IMG/VR virus record: IMGVR_UViG_2850808358_000012
Location: 1 to 37,841 of that record
Direction: 5' to 3' (one strand)
DNA from: a virus
Lineage: Duplodnaviria; Heunggongvirae; Uroviricota; Caudoviricetes
DNA: 37,841 bases
Shown: positions 10,377 through 20,536 of the stretch, in pieces
Layout: every line of letters begins with the position of its first letter
How positions within the stretch are numbered: position 1 is the stretch's first letter
Made by a program: the position numbers and the translations under genes
The notes under the pieces: generated by a model
What the model saw: the letters and a program-made list of their open reading frames with translations, nothing else
Told to the model about the DNA's origin: nothing
Databases searched by the model: none

Positions 10377-10715
10377 TTACCAGCCCGTAATGTAGTTATC
10401 GCCCGCGTAAATATTCAGCCCCATACCATCCCCGGTGACGCGGGAACTGGTCAGGCGTAACCCCTCGCCAAGTTCGACGCGCAGCGAGGCTTCCGCATTC
10501 ACTTTTTGTTCCTGCGGTTCCTTATCCGGGGCCGTCCATTTCTGATACAGGTCGGTTACAAAACCGCCCAGATACTCCCCGGCGACACTGCCCAGCGTGG
10601 CACCGGCAACCGTACCCAGCGGTCCGGCAAGGCTGCCAACGGCACCGCCGAGCCATGCACCGGCTGTACTGCCAATTGCGCCTGCTTTTTCATGGGTTGA
10701 CGCCTGCTCATCCAT
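10377..10715 (-). CDS. Small glycine-zipper protein (113 aa from MDEQ...)
   Basis: ATGA stop/start overlap with the upstream tape-measure ORF; GxxxG-rich segment [34 protein letters not shown]; the upstream part of the six-frame ORF (to 10874) looks out of frame. Confidence 0.45.
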   Translation of the reverse strand: MDEQASTHEKAGAIGSTAGAWLGGAVGSLAGPLGTVAGATLGSVAGEYLGGFVTDLYQKWTAPDKEPQEQKVNAEASLRVELGEGLRLTSSRVTGDGMGLNIYAGDNYITGW

Positions 10716-12541
10716 CAGGACGGGGCAAGCTGGAGTGCCCCCATTACCGGGCCACCCAGACGTGACAACGCACGACCGGCACCTTTCCCCATCCAGCCCA
10801 GCGCCCCGGCACCTTTTGTCACAACCCGACCGATCGCACTGCCTGCAAGTTTGTTTCCGATACCGGAAAACCACCCGCCAACAGCACGCCCGGCATCAGC
10901 CAGCTTTCCGACCGTTCCCGTAACCAGTTGCCCGGCAGCACTGCCTGCAAGCCTGCTCAGAAGACCGGATTTACCGGGTAAAGGTAATGGTGCAGGCCGT
11001 GCCGTTACCGGTACGCCGGGTGGGGGTAATGCCAGTACAGGGCGTGGTGCAGGTAATGCCAGCGGCTGTGGCCCGGACAGCAATAACGGCTGGCGGGGTA
11101 ACAGCGGGGCCATTCTTCCGCCGCTCCGTCCGCGACGACCGCCGCCACTCCCGTAGCCACCAAATCCACGGGGCCAGTTGATGACAAACACACGCTGAAT
11201 GCCGGTGCCCTGCAACAGCGTCTCAGACGTCATGGCATCCGGCACCGGCAGACCTGCCCGCCCACGTTTGCGGTTCCGCATCCAGCGCCACATACGACGC
11301 CCGGTTTTAAACGGGTAACTGGCAACCTGCCACGAAGGTTTTGCCACGGCCCAGCCTGCTCTCAGGGCTTTATTGGCAAGCCAGACAGACACCAGAACAG
11401 CAGCCAGTTTTTTCAGGCTGGCAATATTCTGGTCAACCCATGCCAGCGCATCTTTACCCGGTTTCAGCCAGCGCCATAATTCCTGCGCCGCGATTTTTAC
11501 CGTTCTGAACGTGGTCAGAAATTTCTGACCAATGTTTTCTGCCAGTGCGTCAAGTTCCCCGGATTTATCCGCCATGTCGTGCCAGTTAAGTACCCGGCGC
11601 ATCTCGTTCTTGATTTCTTCAAAGGGGCCGCTGTTTGCCACCTTTGTACGAAACTCAAGCAGATTGCCCTCCATCTGGGCCATCATCCCGTCCCAGGAGT
11701 TCATGGCCGCCGCCTGTGCGCCTTTTGACTGTTCCAGTAAGATTCTGAACACCGTCAGGATGGATTTCAGGCCCAGTTTGCCTTTTTCACCCAGCTTACG
11801 GATTTTTTTCTCATCCTCACCCGTTGCATCTGCCAGCACCTTGTAAACGTTGATACCGTAACCGGTCAGCAGGTTGGCATCCGCCGCCGTGATTTGCTGA
11901 CGGGCAAACATCTGTTTGAACTGTAACGAAGCCCCCTGTGCAGTGGGTAAATCCCAGCCATGCATCGCGCCCTGGTTCTGTAGCATGGTGATGAACTGTT
12001 TTACCTGGGCATCAGTCATGCCAAACGCAGTTGATGTGCGGATCTCCTGCAGAACACCACCCAGCCCCCAGGTGGTTTCTTTTGCGTTCTGCTTCGCCCA
12101 CGCCATCATGGCCTGTGCTCTGGCCTTATCGCCGTGATAGAGCGAGTTCATGGCGATAATCTGCTGCTCACGCTGGGCGGCTGCACCAATAAACAGTTTA
12201 TTGGCGGTGTAACCCACGCCAGCGATACCCAGCGCCCCGGCTGACAGCATTCGGAATGTACGGGTTGACAGAGAACCCATTCTGTCAATGGCACCAGAAA
12301 CGCGCACAACCTCCATACGCAGGGCACGCAGGGAACTTTGTCCGCTACGGGACAGGGCGTTTATCTGGTTCGAATACTGGCGGGAACGCCGGGAAAGATT
12401 GCCATTAAGATCAATAATGACAGACGCTTTTAAGCGTTTCCCGGTCACAGAAATCTCCTGATTTAACGGTGATATTGAGAGAGGGTTTTCGCCTGCTGGC
12501 AGTGCCGGAAAAAGCGGGACAGCGGGAGGGACAAGGCCCAT
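10715..12541 (-). CDS. Tail tape measure protein
   Basis: 608 aa, between tail assembly chaperone and N-like gene; Gly- and Pro-rich C-terminal region. Confidence 0.7.
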   Translation of the reverse strand: MGLVPPAVPLFPALPAGENPLSISPLNQEISVTGKRLKASVIIDLNGNLSRRSRQYSNQINALSRSGQSSLRALRMEVVRVSGAIDRMGSLSTRTFRMLSAGALGIAGVGYTANKLFIGAAAQREQQIIAMNSLYHGDKARAQAMMAWAKQNAKETTWGLGGVLQEIRTSTAFGMTDAQVKQFITMLQNQGAMHGWDLPTAQGASLQFKQMFARQQITAADANLLTGYGINVYKVLADATGEDEKKIRKLGEKGKLGLKSILTVFRILLEQSKGAQAAAMNSWDGMMAQMEGNLLEFRTKVANSGPFEEIKNEMRRVLNWHDMADKSGELDALAENIGQKFLTTFRTVKIAAQELWRWLKPGKDALAWVDQNIASLKKLAAVLVSVWLANKALRAGWAVAKPSWQVASYPFKTGRRMWRWMRNRKRGRAGLPVPDAMTSETLLQGTGIQRVFVINWPRGFGGYGSGGGRRGRSGGRMAPLLPRQPLLLSGPQPLALPAPRPVLALPPPGVPVTARPAPLPLPGKSGLLSRLAGSAAGQLVTGTVGKLADAGRAVGGWFSGIGNKLAGSAIGRVVTKGAGALGWMGKGAGRALSRLGGPVMGALQLAPS

Positions 12542-12592
12542 TCCGGGCCACTTTTCAGAATGATGCCAATCGCTGTCGCCGCTTTCTCAATA

Positions 12593-13027
12593 TCATTCCG
12601 GCACCGCAGCCACTCGCCCCCGTTCTTGCGTCAGCGATGCCGCCACCGCCATGTCGCGCAGCTCCACTGCCAGCGACAGACGCTGGAAGTCATCGACGGA
12701 CAGCTTACGCATCAGCGCCAGTGATAACGGGCCTTTGAGGCAGCCCACACCGGCAATCTGACGGCGCAGCATTTCCAGTCCCATCAGGGACGGGGAACTG
12801 ACCAGCACCGGGCCTTCCTTGCTCATTACCACTTTTTCAGCCGCCATCTGGGCATCAATCAGATCGCCTGCGGTCAGTTCACGCAGCGTCACGTCATACT
12901 GCATTTCAGTCTCGTCACCGGTGCCGAACGGCAGGCCGTCTTTCAGTTTCAGCCCGCCGGACTGAAGTTCTGCCACAATGCTGTCATGCAGTTCCTGTGC
13001 TTCAGGACTTAAATTCATTTCGTCCAT
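12593..13027 (-). CDS. Tail assembly chaperone-like protein
   Basis: 144 aa, acidic, between tube and tape measure genes. Confidence 0.5.
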   Translation of the reverse strand: MDEMNLSPEAQELHDSIVAELQSGGLKLKDGLPFGTGDETEMQYDVTLRELTAGDLIDAQMAAEKVVMSKEGPVLVSSPSLMGLEMLRRQIAGVGCLKGPLSLALMRKLSVDDFQRLSLAVELRDMAVAASLTQERGRVAAVPE

Positions 13028-13036
13028 TGTTTCCCC

Positions 13037-13393
13037 TTATGCAATGCGTTTGCTTTGTTTTGCCATCAGTACCAGCGAAATTTCGCCGCCGTCGTTTTTC
13101 GGTTCATCTGCCTGCCAGGCATTCGCCATCATCCAGGTTTCACCGGTGTCTGCCTGAAACTCTGCCGTGATGTTTTCCCAGCCGATGATTTCATCCAGAC
13201 CGATATCACCACCGCCCGGAATTTTGCATTCCAGCTTTGCGGCGCGGGGTTTCCCTTTCCAGCCGTAAACCCGCGAGCCGGTCACTTCTTCACGGGTGGT
13301 GCCGGACGGCGTGAAGGAAGCACCTTCCATTGATTCAAGCTCCATGCCATTGACACGGATGTACGCCACCCCCTGACGCTGATTTCCTGCCAT
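13037..13393 (-). CDS. M: Tail tube protein (Mu M-like)
   Basis: 118 aa immediately downstream of the sheath gene. Confidence 0.65.
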   Translation of the reverse strand: MAGNQRQGVAYIRVNGMELESMEGASFTPSGTTREEVTGSRVYGWKGKPRAAKLECKIPGGGDIGLDEIIGWENITAEFQADTGETWMMANAWQADEPKNDGGEISLVLMAKQSKRIA

Positions 13394-13402
13394 AAATGCT
13401 CC

Positions 13403-14890
13403 TTACAGAATGAACTGGATCTGTGCCGCAAAGATGCGGAACTGGTTAATCAGGTTCGGGCCGCACAACACATCAAGACGATCCTGATCGGCTGTATTAC
13501 GCACGACATACAGCTCCTCTTTGAACGTGTCGAAGTCTTCAACCAGCCCGTCGTTTTCCCATTCTTCAAACAGTGCCAGCAACTCGGTCCGGATCACGGA
13601 AGGTGTCACCACCGCCTGACCGGTGGCAAAGCGGGTGCCATCACTTGCCAGTTTGTGGCGCGGGAATTTCTGTGTGATACGGGTTCGCAGCGAATAACGC
13701 AGATAACTCAGCGTGGCGATGGTGTTCACATTCAGATAAGACGGGTCACTGTCGCCGTACCTGTTCGTGCGGTACATTGTGATCATGCGTTCAATCTGCA
13801 TTTCACCGCCATCATTCACGTTAAACGTGGAGATGCCGTCAAACAGCAGCGCATTACGTTCTGACCAGGTGAAACGATCGCCCACCGCAGGCGGTAGCCT
13901 GCCGGGCAGCGTCAGCGTCTGGAGCGGACGTGCCGGGTCGATGGAAAGCGCCTGGCTGGCAACGGCACACAGTGTGGCGGCGTACAGATATGACGGTTCC
14001 GGTGCACCGGCAATCCCCATACAGGAGATCAGATGGTCATTACGGCTGACACCAAACGTGGAAATATCGCCATACGTGCCGGACAGCACTGTCACGGCAA
14101 AGCCATCAGCCTGATTGACCGGTCCCCAGCGTTCCTGTAATTCCGTGCGTAACAGGTTCAGGTTCGGTTCATCGGTATAGGGCATCACAATGTATTTGTA
14201 TTGCAGATCGCCCATCCCCGCGATACTGGCGCTGATATCCGGGTTGCCGTTTTTCCCGGTGGCGGCTTTGAATGCCGTAATAATCCCGTAAGGGGTGGTT
14301 TCACCCGCGTAATAGTTCCAGCGCACGTCCACGGCAGATAATGCACCAATAAATTTTGCACTCAGAACCACATTCGCATGGGTGTCATCATCTCCACTGT
14401 CTGCGCGAACTTCTGCCGTCACCGGTAAATCAGGCTGGCCTTTGATTCGGGCAACCAGCAGGTCAGCCAGCGCCGCTCCCGTTGCACCTGCTGCGACAGA
14501 TACCGCCAGTCGCTGACCGGCAATGTAAGTCACAAGCGAGCCGTTTTCGCCTGCCGTTCCTGACAGTGAAATTTCACCGACAGCAGCATTACCGGTGCCG
14601 CTCCCCTGCGGAATACACCACAGCTCCGCCACGCGGTTAGCGTTCAGGAATGCATCTGCCATCAGTGCCAGCATGGAACCCTGACCAAACGCCGCACTGG
14701 CCTGTGAGCCGGAACGGATACGGACAGGCACGTCTGGTGCCGCACTGGCTTTACTTCCGCTTTGCCCGAACATCAGCACGCGCTGACGGGGTGCCGGTGT
14801 TCCGCTGACGGCATTACTGTTATCAAATTCGATATACGTCAGAGGAACGCGAACATCTGACGGGATCGCGTTAAATGAAATATCGCTCAT
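13403..14890 (-). CDS. L: Tail sheath protein (Mu L-like)
   Basis: 495 aa, position and size. Confidence 0.7.
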   Translation of the reverse strand: MSDISFNAIPSDVRVPLTYIEFDNSNAVSGTPAPRQRVLMFGQSGSKASAAPDVPVRIRSGSQASAAFGQGSMLALMADAFLNANRVAELWCIPQGSGTGNAAVGEISLSGTAGENGSLVTYIAGQRLAVSVAAGATGAALADLLVARIKGQPDLPVTAEVRADSGDDDTHANVVLSAKFIGALSAVDVRWNYYAGETTPYGIITAFKAATGKNGNPDISASIAGMGDLQYKYIVMPYTDEPNLNLLRTELQERWGPVNQADGFAVTVLSGTYGDISTFGVSRNDHLISCMGIAGAPEPSYLYAATLCAVASQALSIDPARPLQTLTLPGRLPPAVGDRFTWSERNALLFDGISTFNVNDGGEMQIERMITMYRTNRYGDSDPSYLNVNTIATLSYLRYSLRTRITQKFPRHKLASDGTRFATGQAVVTPSVIRTELLALFEEWENDGLVEDFDTFKEELYVVRNTADQDRLDVLCGPNLINQFRIFAAQIQFIL

Positions 14891-15093
14891 TTCGATTTAC
14901 TCCGTTTTTTCGGCGCAGTGTCGGTATCATCCGCCGTGTTTTCGGTGCTCCCGACTTCAACCACATCACCGGCTGCAAGGCGACGTATCCAGAAACTGTT
15001 ACGGGGCTTTTCTTCTCCCTCAGACGCCAGTAATTTCATCGTGAGCGGGTCACGGATGGCTTTTCCCGCTGCGGGTTTAATTTTCAGCATCAT
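14887..15093 (-). CDS. Small head-tail connector region protein
   Basis: 68-aa ORF overlapping neighbours by 4 nt. Confidence 0.45.
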   Translation of the reverse strand: MMLKIKPAAGKAIRDPLTMKLLASEGEEKPRNSFWIRRLAAGDVVEVGSTENTADDTDTAPKKRSKSK

Positions 15094-15625
15094 GATCCTC
15101 TTCCTGATTCACATTGATATGTGCGGCAAATTCCGGGGTTTCGTCCGGGAATTTCCAGGTCTGCCAGTGACGCTCGTAATCATCCAGCGAATCCATGTCC
15201 ACACCTGACGGCAACGGCGTGATGCCACTGAAATAGATGCCGTACAGTGCGACACCTGAATTACCCTGAGCACTGGTATACAGGTTCTGGACGCTGGTCA
15301 GGCGCAGGCCGGTAGTCGGGCCAAACGTCTGTCCATTCATCCCGGCAATCAGACGCTCAACAATCTGGTAAATCCCCGGACGGTCGGTCTCCCGACCATT
15401 CAGCATTTTTGCCACCACATAAAACACCCAGCGGCTTTCCACCTCACGGCGGGTGCGGCCTTCACCGCAGCCCAGCCACGCCAGATAAACAGACGGTGGT
15501 GCAATCAGGATTTTTTTTATTGCGGCATCAGACCAGGTGCCCGGATGCGTTTTGATTTCGCGTAACGTTCGCCCGAACAGCCCGCGAACGGTTTCAAGCA
15601 ACGCAGCTTCTGTCGTGGCAATCAT
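15077..15625 (-). CDS. Head-tail joining protein (Mu K-like)
   Basis: 182 aa, position. Confidence 0.5.
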   Translation of the reverse strand: MIATTEAALLETVRGLFGRTLREIKTHPGTWSDAAIKKILIAPPSVYLAWLGCGEGRTRREVESRWVFYVVAKMLNGRETDRPGIYQIVERLIAGMNGQTFGPTTGLRLTSVQNLYTSAQGNSGVALYGIYFSGITPLPSGVDMDSLDDYERHWQTWKFPDETPEFAAHINVNQEEDHDAEN

Positions 15626-16047
15626 CAGATGAATCCTCTCTGGTTACGGGAAAAAACAGCGGTATCAGATTTCACTTCCACCAGATTTTCGCTCACCGGT
15701 TCAGCGCCATGCGCGTCCGTTCCCAGCGGCAATTTTTCGTTAAGTACGTCATGCAGCCACTTAACGGCATCTTTATAACGTTGCGTGCACTGCTCGGTTG
15801 CCTGCGCATCACACAGGTAATAGAAGGCAATATCACAGCAGACGCGGGTCAGGGCGGCTGGCACAACAGATAACGGCAACGGATAACGCGGGCTGATATA
15901 GCTGTCGATAAGTGCACGGGCATCCTGTAACGCCTGTTCAACCAGGCTGTCATCCGGTTCGCCCGAATCGGTTTTATCCGATGTCAGCGCGTCCAGGCTG
16001 CTGCGCCGGTAACGCTTTACCATGTCGTCAAGAGTGGCATAGCTCAT
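15625..16047 (-). CDS. Head completion protein (Mu J-like)
   Basis: 140 aa, position. Confidence 0.5.
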   Translation of the reverse strand: MSYATLDDMVKRYRRSSLDALTSDKTDSGEPDDSLVEQALQDARALIDSYISPRYPLPLSVVPAALTRVCCDIAFYYLCDAQATEQCTQRYKDAVKWLHDVLNEKLPLGTDAHGAEPVSENLVEVKSDTAVFSRNQRGFI

Positions 16048-16087
16048 GCTTGTGCCTCAGCCAGCGCGGCTTTGATTTGCGCGCTGC

Positions 16088-16453
16088 TTACCGGTTCCCC
16101 AGCGCCGCACTGACGGCTTTCACTTTGGGTTCCCCCCCTGCGGTAAAGTGTTCCGGGTTTGCCTTATCCAGACCGGCAACGGTCGCACGGATACGGGCGT
16201 TCAGATCGCCCACACCCAGACCGTCCAGCCCCCCAGCCTCAGTGAGCGTTTCTGCTGACGATGCAGATACCACAGACAGCACGCTGTCGGCACGAATGAT
16301 CGCCAGTTGTTCTTCGGTGACTTCCACGGTGTTTTCGCCACGTGTAAAGGCGATTCCGGCGCGGCGGTAGACCGGACGAAGGCATTTAATAATCGCCGTG
16401 CAAGTGATGCGAGAAGTGTCCAGCCGTTGTGAATTAAGCGAAGTGCCTGACAT
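16088..16453 (-). CDS. Hypothetical head protein downstream of major capsid gene
   Basis: 121-aa ORF. Confidence 0.45.
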   Translation of the reverse strand: MSGTSLNSQRLDTSRITCTAIIKCLRPVYRRAGIAFTRGENTVEVTEEQLAIIRADSVLSVVSASSAETLTEAGGLDGLGVGDLNARIRATVAGLDKANPEHFTAGGEPKVKAVSAALGNR

Positions 16454-16488
16454 AACACATGCTCCTCCTTTTCCTTTAAATCAGGTTA

Positions 16489-16510
16489 AAAGGCGGTCTG
16501 AACCGCCTTT
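16489..16510. terminator. Hairpin immediately downstream of the major head gene
   Basis: AAGGCGG-tctgaa-CCGCCTT followed by T-rich sequence. Confidence 0.45.
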
Positions 16511-16519
16511 TAATGACGG

Positions 16520-17437
16520 TTACAGGTAGTCAGCGACAACCAGTTGCAGCTTGCCCTTCATCTCGTTGGAGACGGTGGTATTGCCATCCGCGAACAGTTC
16601 ACGGTTAAGCAGTTGCTCTGCGGCTTTTTCCAGCCCGACCGGTACAACGATATGCGTCGGCTTCAGGCCCAGCTTCTTACCGCCATCACCTTCAAAAGAT
16701 CGCATCAGTTGCCAGCCCTTCCAGAGGTTATCCAGCGTCAGATCGCCTTTTACCGCGACAGCCATCTGCCAGAAGCCGTAACCGGCAGCACGGCGGGCGC
16801 TGGCACCAAACAGGAACTCGTTATCCATAAAAACGTGGTCGTCATCGATACGGGTACGTGCGACCAGCTCCGGTTTGCGGCGCTCCTGGAAAATCAGCGG
16901 TTTGACTGCGCGGGAGCAGTCCAGCAGATAGAACGGCAGACCGCTGAAGCTGTCCTGCTCAACGATGTTGGAGGTATTAACCGCGCTGCCCGTGCCGTCC
17001 ACATTCGGATATACCGGATGCTCCTTGTCGAAGAAGTTCTGACCGTCATAGCACGGCTGGGTAAAGCCATCTTTCAGAAGTTTAAAAATCAGCTCATCCG
17101 GCTGAACTGCCGCAGAACGGCCCATCTCCTGAAAAATCGGCGCATAAATACCCAGATTGTCATCCTCGAAGTCATCACGGGAAATACCCACGGTGCCTTC
17201 AAACGTTTTATTGGCGATGGAGTAGCCATGCGCTTCCATTTGCTGAATGGTTCGCTTACCCACCCATTCTTTCAGGGTCGGGAATTTACCCAGCCAGCCA
17301 TAGGTATTACTGCGGGTGGAAGAGTTCACCACCATTGCAATTTTGTTGTACTGCGACGGGGCGTCTTCAAGACCGCCCTGAAAATCCTTACGCCAGGAGG
17401 TCATCAGGGCTTTAATGGATGCCGGGGTGACAATCAT
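16520..17437 (-). CDS. T: Major head subunit (Mu T-like)
   Basis: 305 aa, position after protease/scaffold gene. Confidence 0.75.
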   Translation of the reverse strand: MIVTPASIKALMTSWRKDFQGGLEDAPSQYNKIAMVVNSSTRSNTYGWLGKFPTLKEWVGKRTIQQMEAHGYSIANKTFEGTVGISRDDFEDDNLGIYAPIFQEMGRSAAVQPDELIFKLLKDGFTQPCYDGQNFFDKEHPVYPNVDGTGSAVNTSNIVEQDSFSGLPFYLLDCSRAVKPLIFQERRKPELVARTRIDDDHVFMDNEFLFGASARRAAGYGFWQMAVAVKGDLTLDNLWKGWQLMRSFEGDGGKKLGLKPTHIVVPVGLEKAAEQLLNRELFADGNTTVSNEMKGKLQLVVADYL

Positions 17438-18518
17438 TTTTCTTGTTCCTGTTTCATTTTCAGATACTCAGCCTCTGTAATGCCGAGCGCCTTCACTGCT
17501 GCCTGTTCATCAGCAGACAGCACCGCCACCGCCGTTTTTTCCTGCGACGGGATTTTCGCTGTGGTGGTCTGCATGGCAGATAACGCAGCGATGGGCTGTT
17601 TTTTCTCAAGCTGTGCCGACAGTGCCGCCACGCCAATCTGACCGCCAAGCTGTTCCAGGTAAGAGCGTTCGCTTTTGAAAATGCGGCCTTCCTGTTCCGC
17701 CTTGTCCAGAGCGGCGCTCAGGCTGGCTGTGGCGCTTTGTGCAGTCGCCTGTGCCAGTTCATCACGCAGGGCGTTGTAGCTTTCCACCGGGACGTATTTC
17801 GTCAGGTCAACGGCGGCTTTCTGTGCCTTTTCCAGTTCGGCAGACAACGCCGCCACTTTTCCGGCATCTGTTTCGAGCGCATCAAGCGCACTCAGGGCCG
17901 CGATGGCCTGTTCATCGGTGATGTCTGCATTTTCGGGGACCGTCACCCCAAGACGCGCAAGCAGCTTGCGCAGCGTTTCATTCATGGGTTTGTTCTCCTG
18001 TTGAAGGATGTCGGGAAGGTCTGCCGCCAGTGCGGTCAGCTTTTTCATGCCGGTGGCACCGGGGTCATTGGTCAGCGCAGCAAGGCGGATTTGCAGCACC
18101 GCACCGGTGGCGGTGTCATACGGAAAAACCGCAGAGAGATAACCAAATTCGCCGTCATCGATGCGCTGCTGGGCCGCCGCCGTCCAGCGTGGGTGGATAA
18201 ATAACCCTTCACCTTCACGCCACTGCATTTCATCGGCGTTAAACCAGCCAGCCGCGACGAGTTGTTCCGGGGCAATCCTTTGTCCTTACGTAGCTGGTTA
18301 TGCTCGTAATCAATCAGCACGTCCTGGTTGAGCGCGCGAACGCCTTCAACCAGACGCCCGGCAATCTCACCGTCGATGAACCACCCCTGACCGCCTGTCA
18401 CATCAAACGGACGACCATCACGGGCACTGAAATGACCGGCAGGCAATAGCTGGCACCAGCCGTCAGCGTCAATGGACAGCGCACTCAGTGCGGCAATGCC
18501 AATCGCGTGTTTTTTCAT
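17434..18518 (-). CDS. I: Head protease/scaffold protein (Mu I-like), frameshifted as sequenced
   Basis: Two overlapping ORFs (18072..18518 and 17434..18228). The protein-like reading switches frame between 18265 and 18285; one extra base in the G4 run 18269-18272 or the T3 run 18279-18281 restores a single ~361-aa ORF. Confidence 0.65.
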
Positions 18519-18714
18519 GTCCTGCTGCTCATCATGGTTTGTGAGCAGTCAGTTTGCGGGAGGTGCGGGAAAATCTGGGGTTATGCTATTTGAGTACTGG
18601 AGAAAGAAAGTGGAAGGAAGATAAAACGGGATTCATACACCGTTAAATACCGGTTTAAAAATCCCGTGGCGCGTTTTAAAAAATCTGTGCGGCTGATTTT
18701 ATGTCTGATTCCGT
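18519..18714 (-). promoter_or_regulatory. G-I intergenic region; putative C-dependent late promoter with nested hairpin
   Basis: No ORF over 17 codons. Inverted repeat ACGGGATT (18626-18633) / AATCCCGT (18660-18667). The sequence near the I start (ataacccc...aaccatgatg) resembles the mom promoter region. Confidence 0.4.
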
Positions 18715-19185
18715 TTATTGCCTCAGAGCGGCGCTGACGCGTTTTCTGATGGCATCAAAAATTTCCTGTTCCCCGGTCTTATCCAGCCCCATATAAGGAC
18801 GCGCAGGAACGCCTGCCGGGCGGGGTGCCATATCGGGTGTACCGCCCCACTGATGAATGGCAGCATAAATTTTTGGCGAACCAATCAGGGCATAATCCTG
18901 TCCATAATCGGTGGTAATGCTGCGTGCCAGATCGCCATGCAGGGTAAGAATACTGCCCGGAACAAAACCATGATCCTGACGCCATGCCTGCCACGAATCG
19001 CTCCACGCTTCCCAGCCTTTCCCTGTATCCGGGTCTGCCTGCCGTTCAAATGCCTGTTCCGTGGATGACAGCAGCGCCGCAGCCATCACACGGGGAATGG
19101 CGCGGTCACGTGTAATGGTTCCCAGTTCATCCAGTGCAAGCTGAATACGTCGCACATCCACGGCAACGTTCATATCAAGACTCAC
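18715..19185 (-). CDS. G: Virion morphogenesis protein (Mu G-like)
   Basis: 156 aa, position. Confidence 0.7.
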   Translation of the reverse strand: MSLDMNVAVDVRRIQLALDELGTITRDRAIPRVMAAALLSSTEQAFERQADPDTGKGWEAWSDSWQAWRQDHGFVPGSILTLHGDLARSITTDYGQDYALIGSPKIYAAIHQWGGTPDMAPRPAGVPARPYMGLDKTGEQEIFDAIRKRVSAALRQ

Positions 19186-19874
19186 TTATTCACCTCCACA
19201 TGCCCCTCCAGTATGTCAATCATCCCGTCAGCAATCGCGGCTTCAAGCGACAGTGCAGATACGCGGCTGATACTGACCAGCACATCCGCCCGGTCATTCT
19301 GTTTGCTGACAGCCTGCGATGTTCTGACCACAACTTTTGCAGTGCCGTCGCGGGTTGCCACAACATACAGCAACTGGTGGTTCTCCCTGTCCCACAATAC
19401 CGCCTGTGGTTTTGCCATCAGCGACGGCAGACGCTGTAAATCTTCCGGTTTCAGGGCGGCATCAGCAGTGGTCGCCAGACTTTTCCCGTTCATTACAAGC
19501 AAACGGGCTGGCATATTCCCGGTGCGCTGATATACGGCTTCAGCCACGGATCCCGTCATAAAACCCAGCGCCCGGATTTCATGACCGGCCTGACGTGATC
19601 CTGCCAGGCGTTTAAGCCAGAGGGAAAAAGCAAGCTGACGCTCCCGGCTGTTATTCAGTGTCTGCACAACCTGCTCACGCAGCTGCGCGTCGTGAATTTC
19701 CACCAGTTTTCGAATCAGTGCCTGATCCGTACCAAATGCCGCCGAACCAGGGTTATATGACCAGCCTACATCCGGCGTCATTTTTACCCGACCGTTGTCA
19801 AATGTGGTTGACGATGTGCGGAAAATCTCTCCGGTGCTTTCATCCGTACCGGCATCCACTTCGCGGGTGTTCAT
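19182..19874 (-). CDS. Head morphogenesis protein, C-terminal ORF (F-like, second part)
   Basis: 230 aa; ATGA overlap with the upstream ORF; this frame is open upstream to 19994. Confidence 0.5.
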   Translation of the reverse strand: MNTREVDAGTDESTGEIFRTSSTTFDNGRVKMTPDVGWSYNPGSAAFGTDQALIRKLVEIHDAQLREQVVQTLNNSRERQLAFSLWLKRLAGSRQAGHEIRALGFMTGSVAEAVYQRTGNMPARLLVMNGKSLATTADAALKPEDLQRLPSLMAKPQAVLWDRENHQLLYVVATRDGTAKVVVRTSQAVSKQNDRADVLVSISRVSALSLEAAIADGMIDILEGHVEVNK

Positions 19875-20536
19875 GAATGACGCACCATAACTGACCTGTA
19901 GCCCAGTTCTTTCATGCGGGCCGCAGACACCGCCCGGACGCGACAGCGGCAGTTCCAGCCATTGGGCGGGTAATGCGTCTGCCAGAAAATGTCGTCATAC
20001 CTGAAAACCATATTGTGCAGCCGCGCATGTTCCGGGCGTGTTCTGCCATCCATAACGGCAACATACTGCCAGTACGGGTACAAATCTGCGGTATTCATCA
20101 TCTGCGCATAACGTCCTGCCCCATACGCCGTACGGGTATTGACGTTATAAATGGTTGCCAGACGACGCGGACTGCCCAGCTCGATTACCTTTGCGTTTCC
20201 CTCTGCATCCACGATGATTTGTTTTCCCCACCATCCGAGTTTTTGCAACCGGGGGGCCAGTGTGCGGGTAAATTCCTCACGGGTGATGCCTTCACTGACA
20301 GCCCGCTCCACTTCCTCACGGATTGTGGTCAGGACATCCATCCGGGTGGCTTTGGCAACGGTAAAGGCGCGGGCGTGCGCGTCTGCCAGTTGTTCGTACC
20401 AGTTCCAGGTGATGTTGTAGCCTTTGGCGCGGAAATACGCGACAGCCTCCTTTGGCGGGAGGCGTGCGGCATACGCCAGATCAATGGTCTGCTGCGGCAT
20501 CCAGACGCCCCCATATATCGGCAACAAAAATGGCAC
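19871..20536 (-). CDS. F: Head morphogenesis protein with Mu F-like domain (first part)
   Basis: Motif DGRTRPEHARLHN...PPNGWNCRC typical of the Mu F / SPP1 gp7 family; start codon uncertain (M1 at 20536 or M13 at 20500). Confidence 0.6.
   Translation of the reverse strand: MPFLLPIYGGVWMPQQTIDLAYAARLPPKEAVAYFRAKGYNITWNWYEQLADAHARAFTVAKATRMDVLTTIREEVERAVSEGITREEFTRTLAPRLQKLGWWGKQIIVDAEGNAKVIELGSPRRLATIYNVNTRTAYGAGRYAQMMNTADLYPYWQYVAVMDGRTRPEHARLHNMVFRYDDIFWQTHYPPNGWNCRCRVRAVSAARMKELGYRSVMVRHS

Noticed and set aside
10715-11200. Pro/Gly-rich C-terminal part of the tape measure ORF as a frameshift artefact
   Set aside because: The two alternative minus-strand frames give Cys/Arg-rich or stop-containing translations, and the annotated frame continues protein-like to its stop.
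16544-17641. 365-aa plus-strand ORF across the major head gene
   Set aside because: Antisense to the 305-aa major head ORF and continues across the T/I gene boundary; no start context.
18519-18714. G-I intergenic region as an anti-CRISPR locus (where Pseudomonas Mu-like phages carry acr genes)
   Set aside because: No ORF longer than 17 codons on either strand; the sequence resembles the mom late promoter, so it is more likely the late promoter for I.
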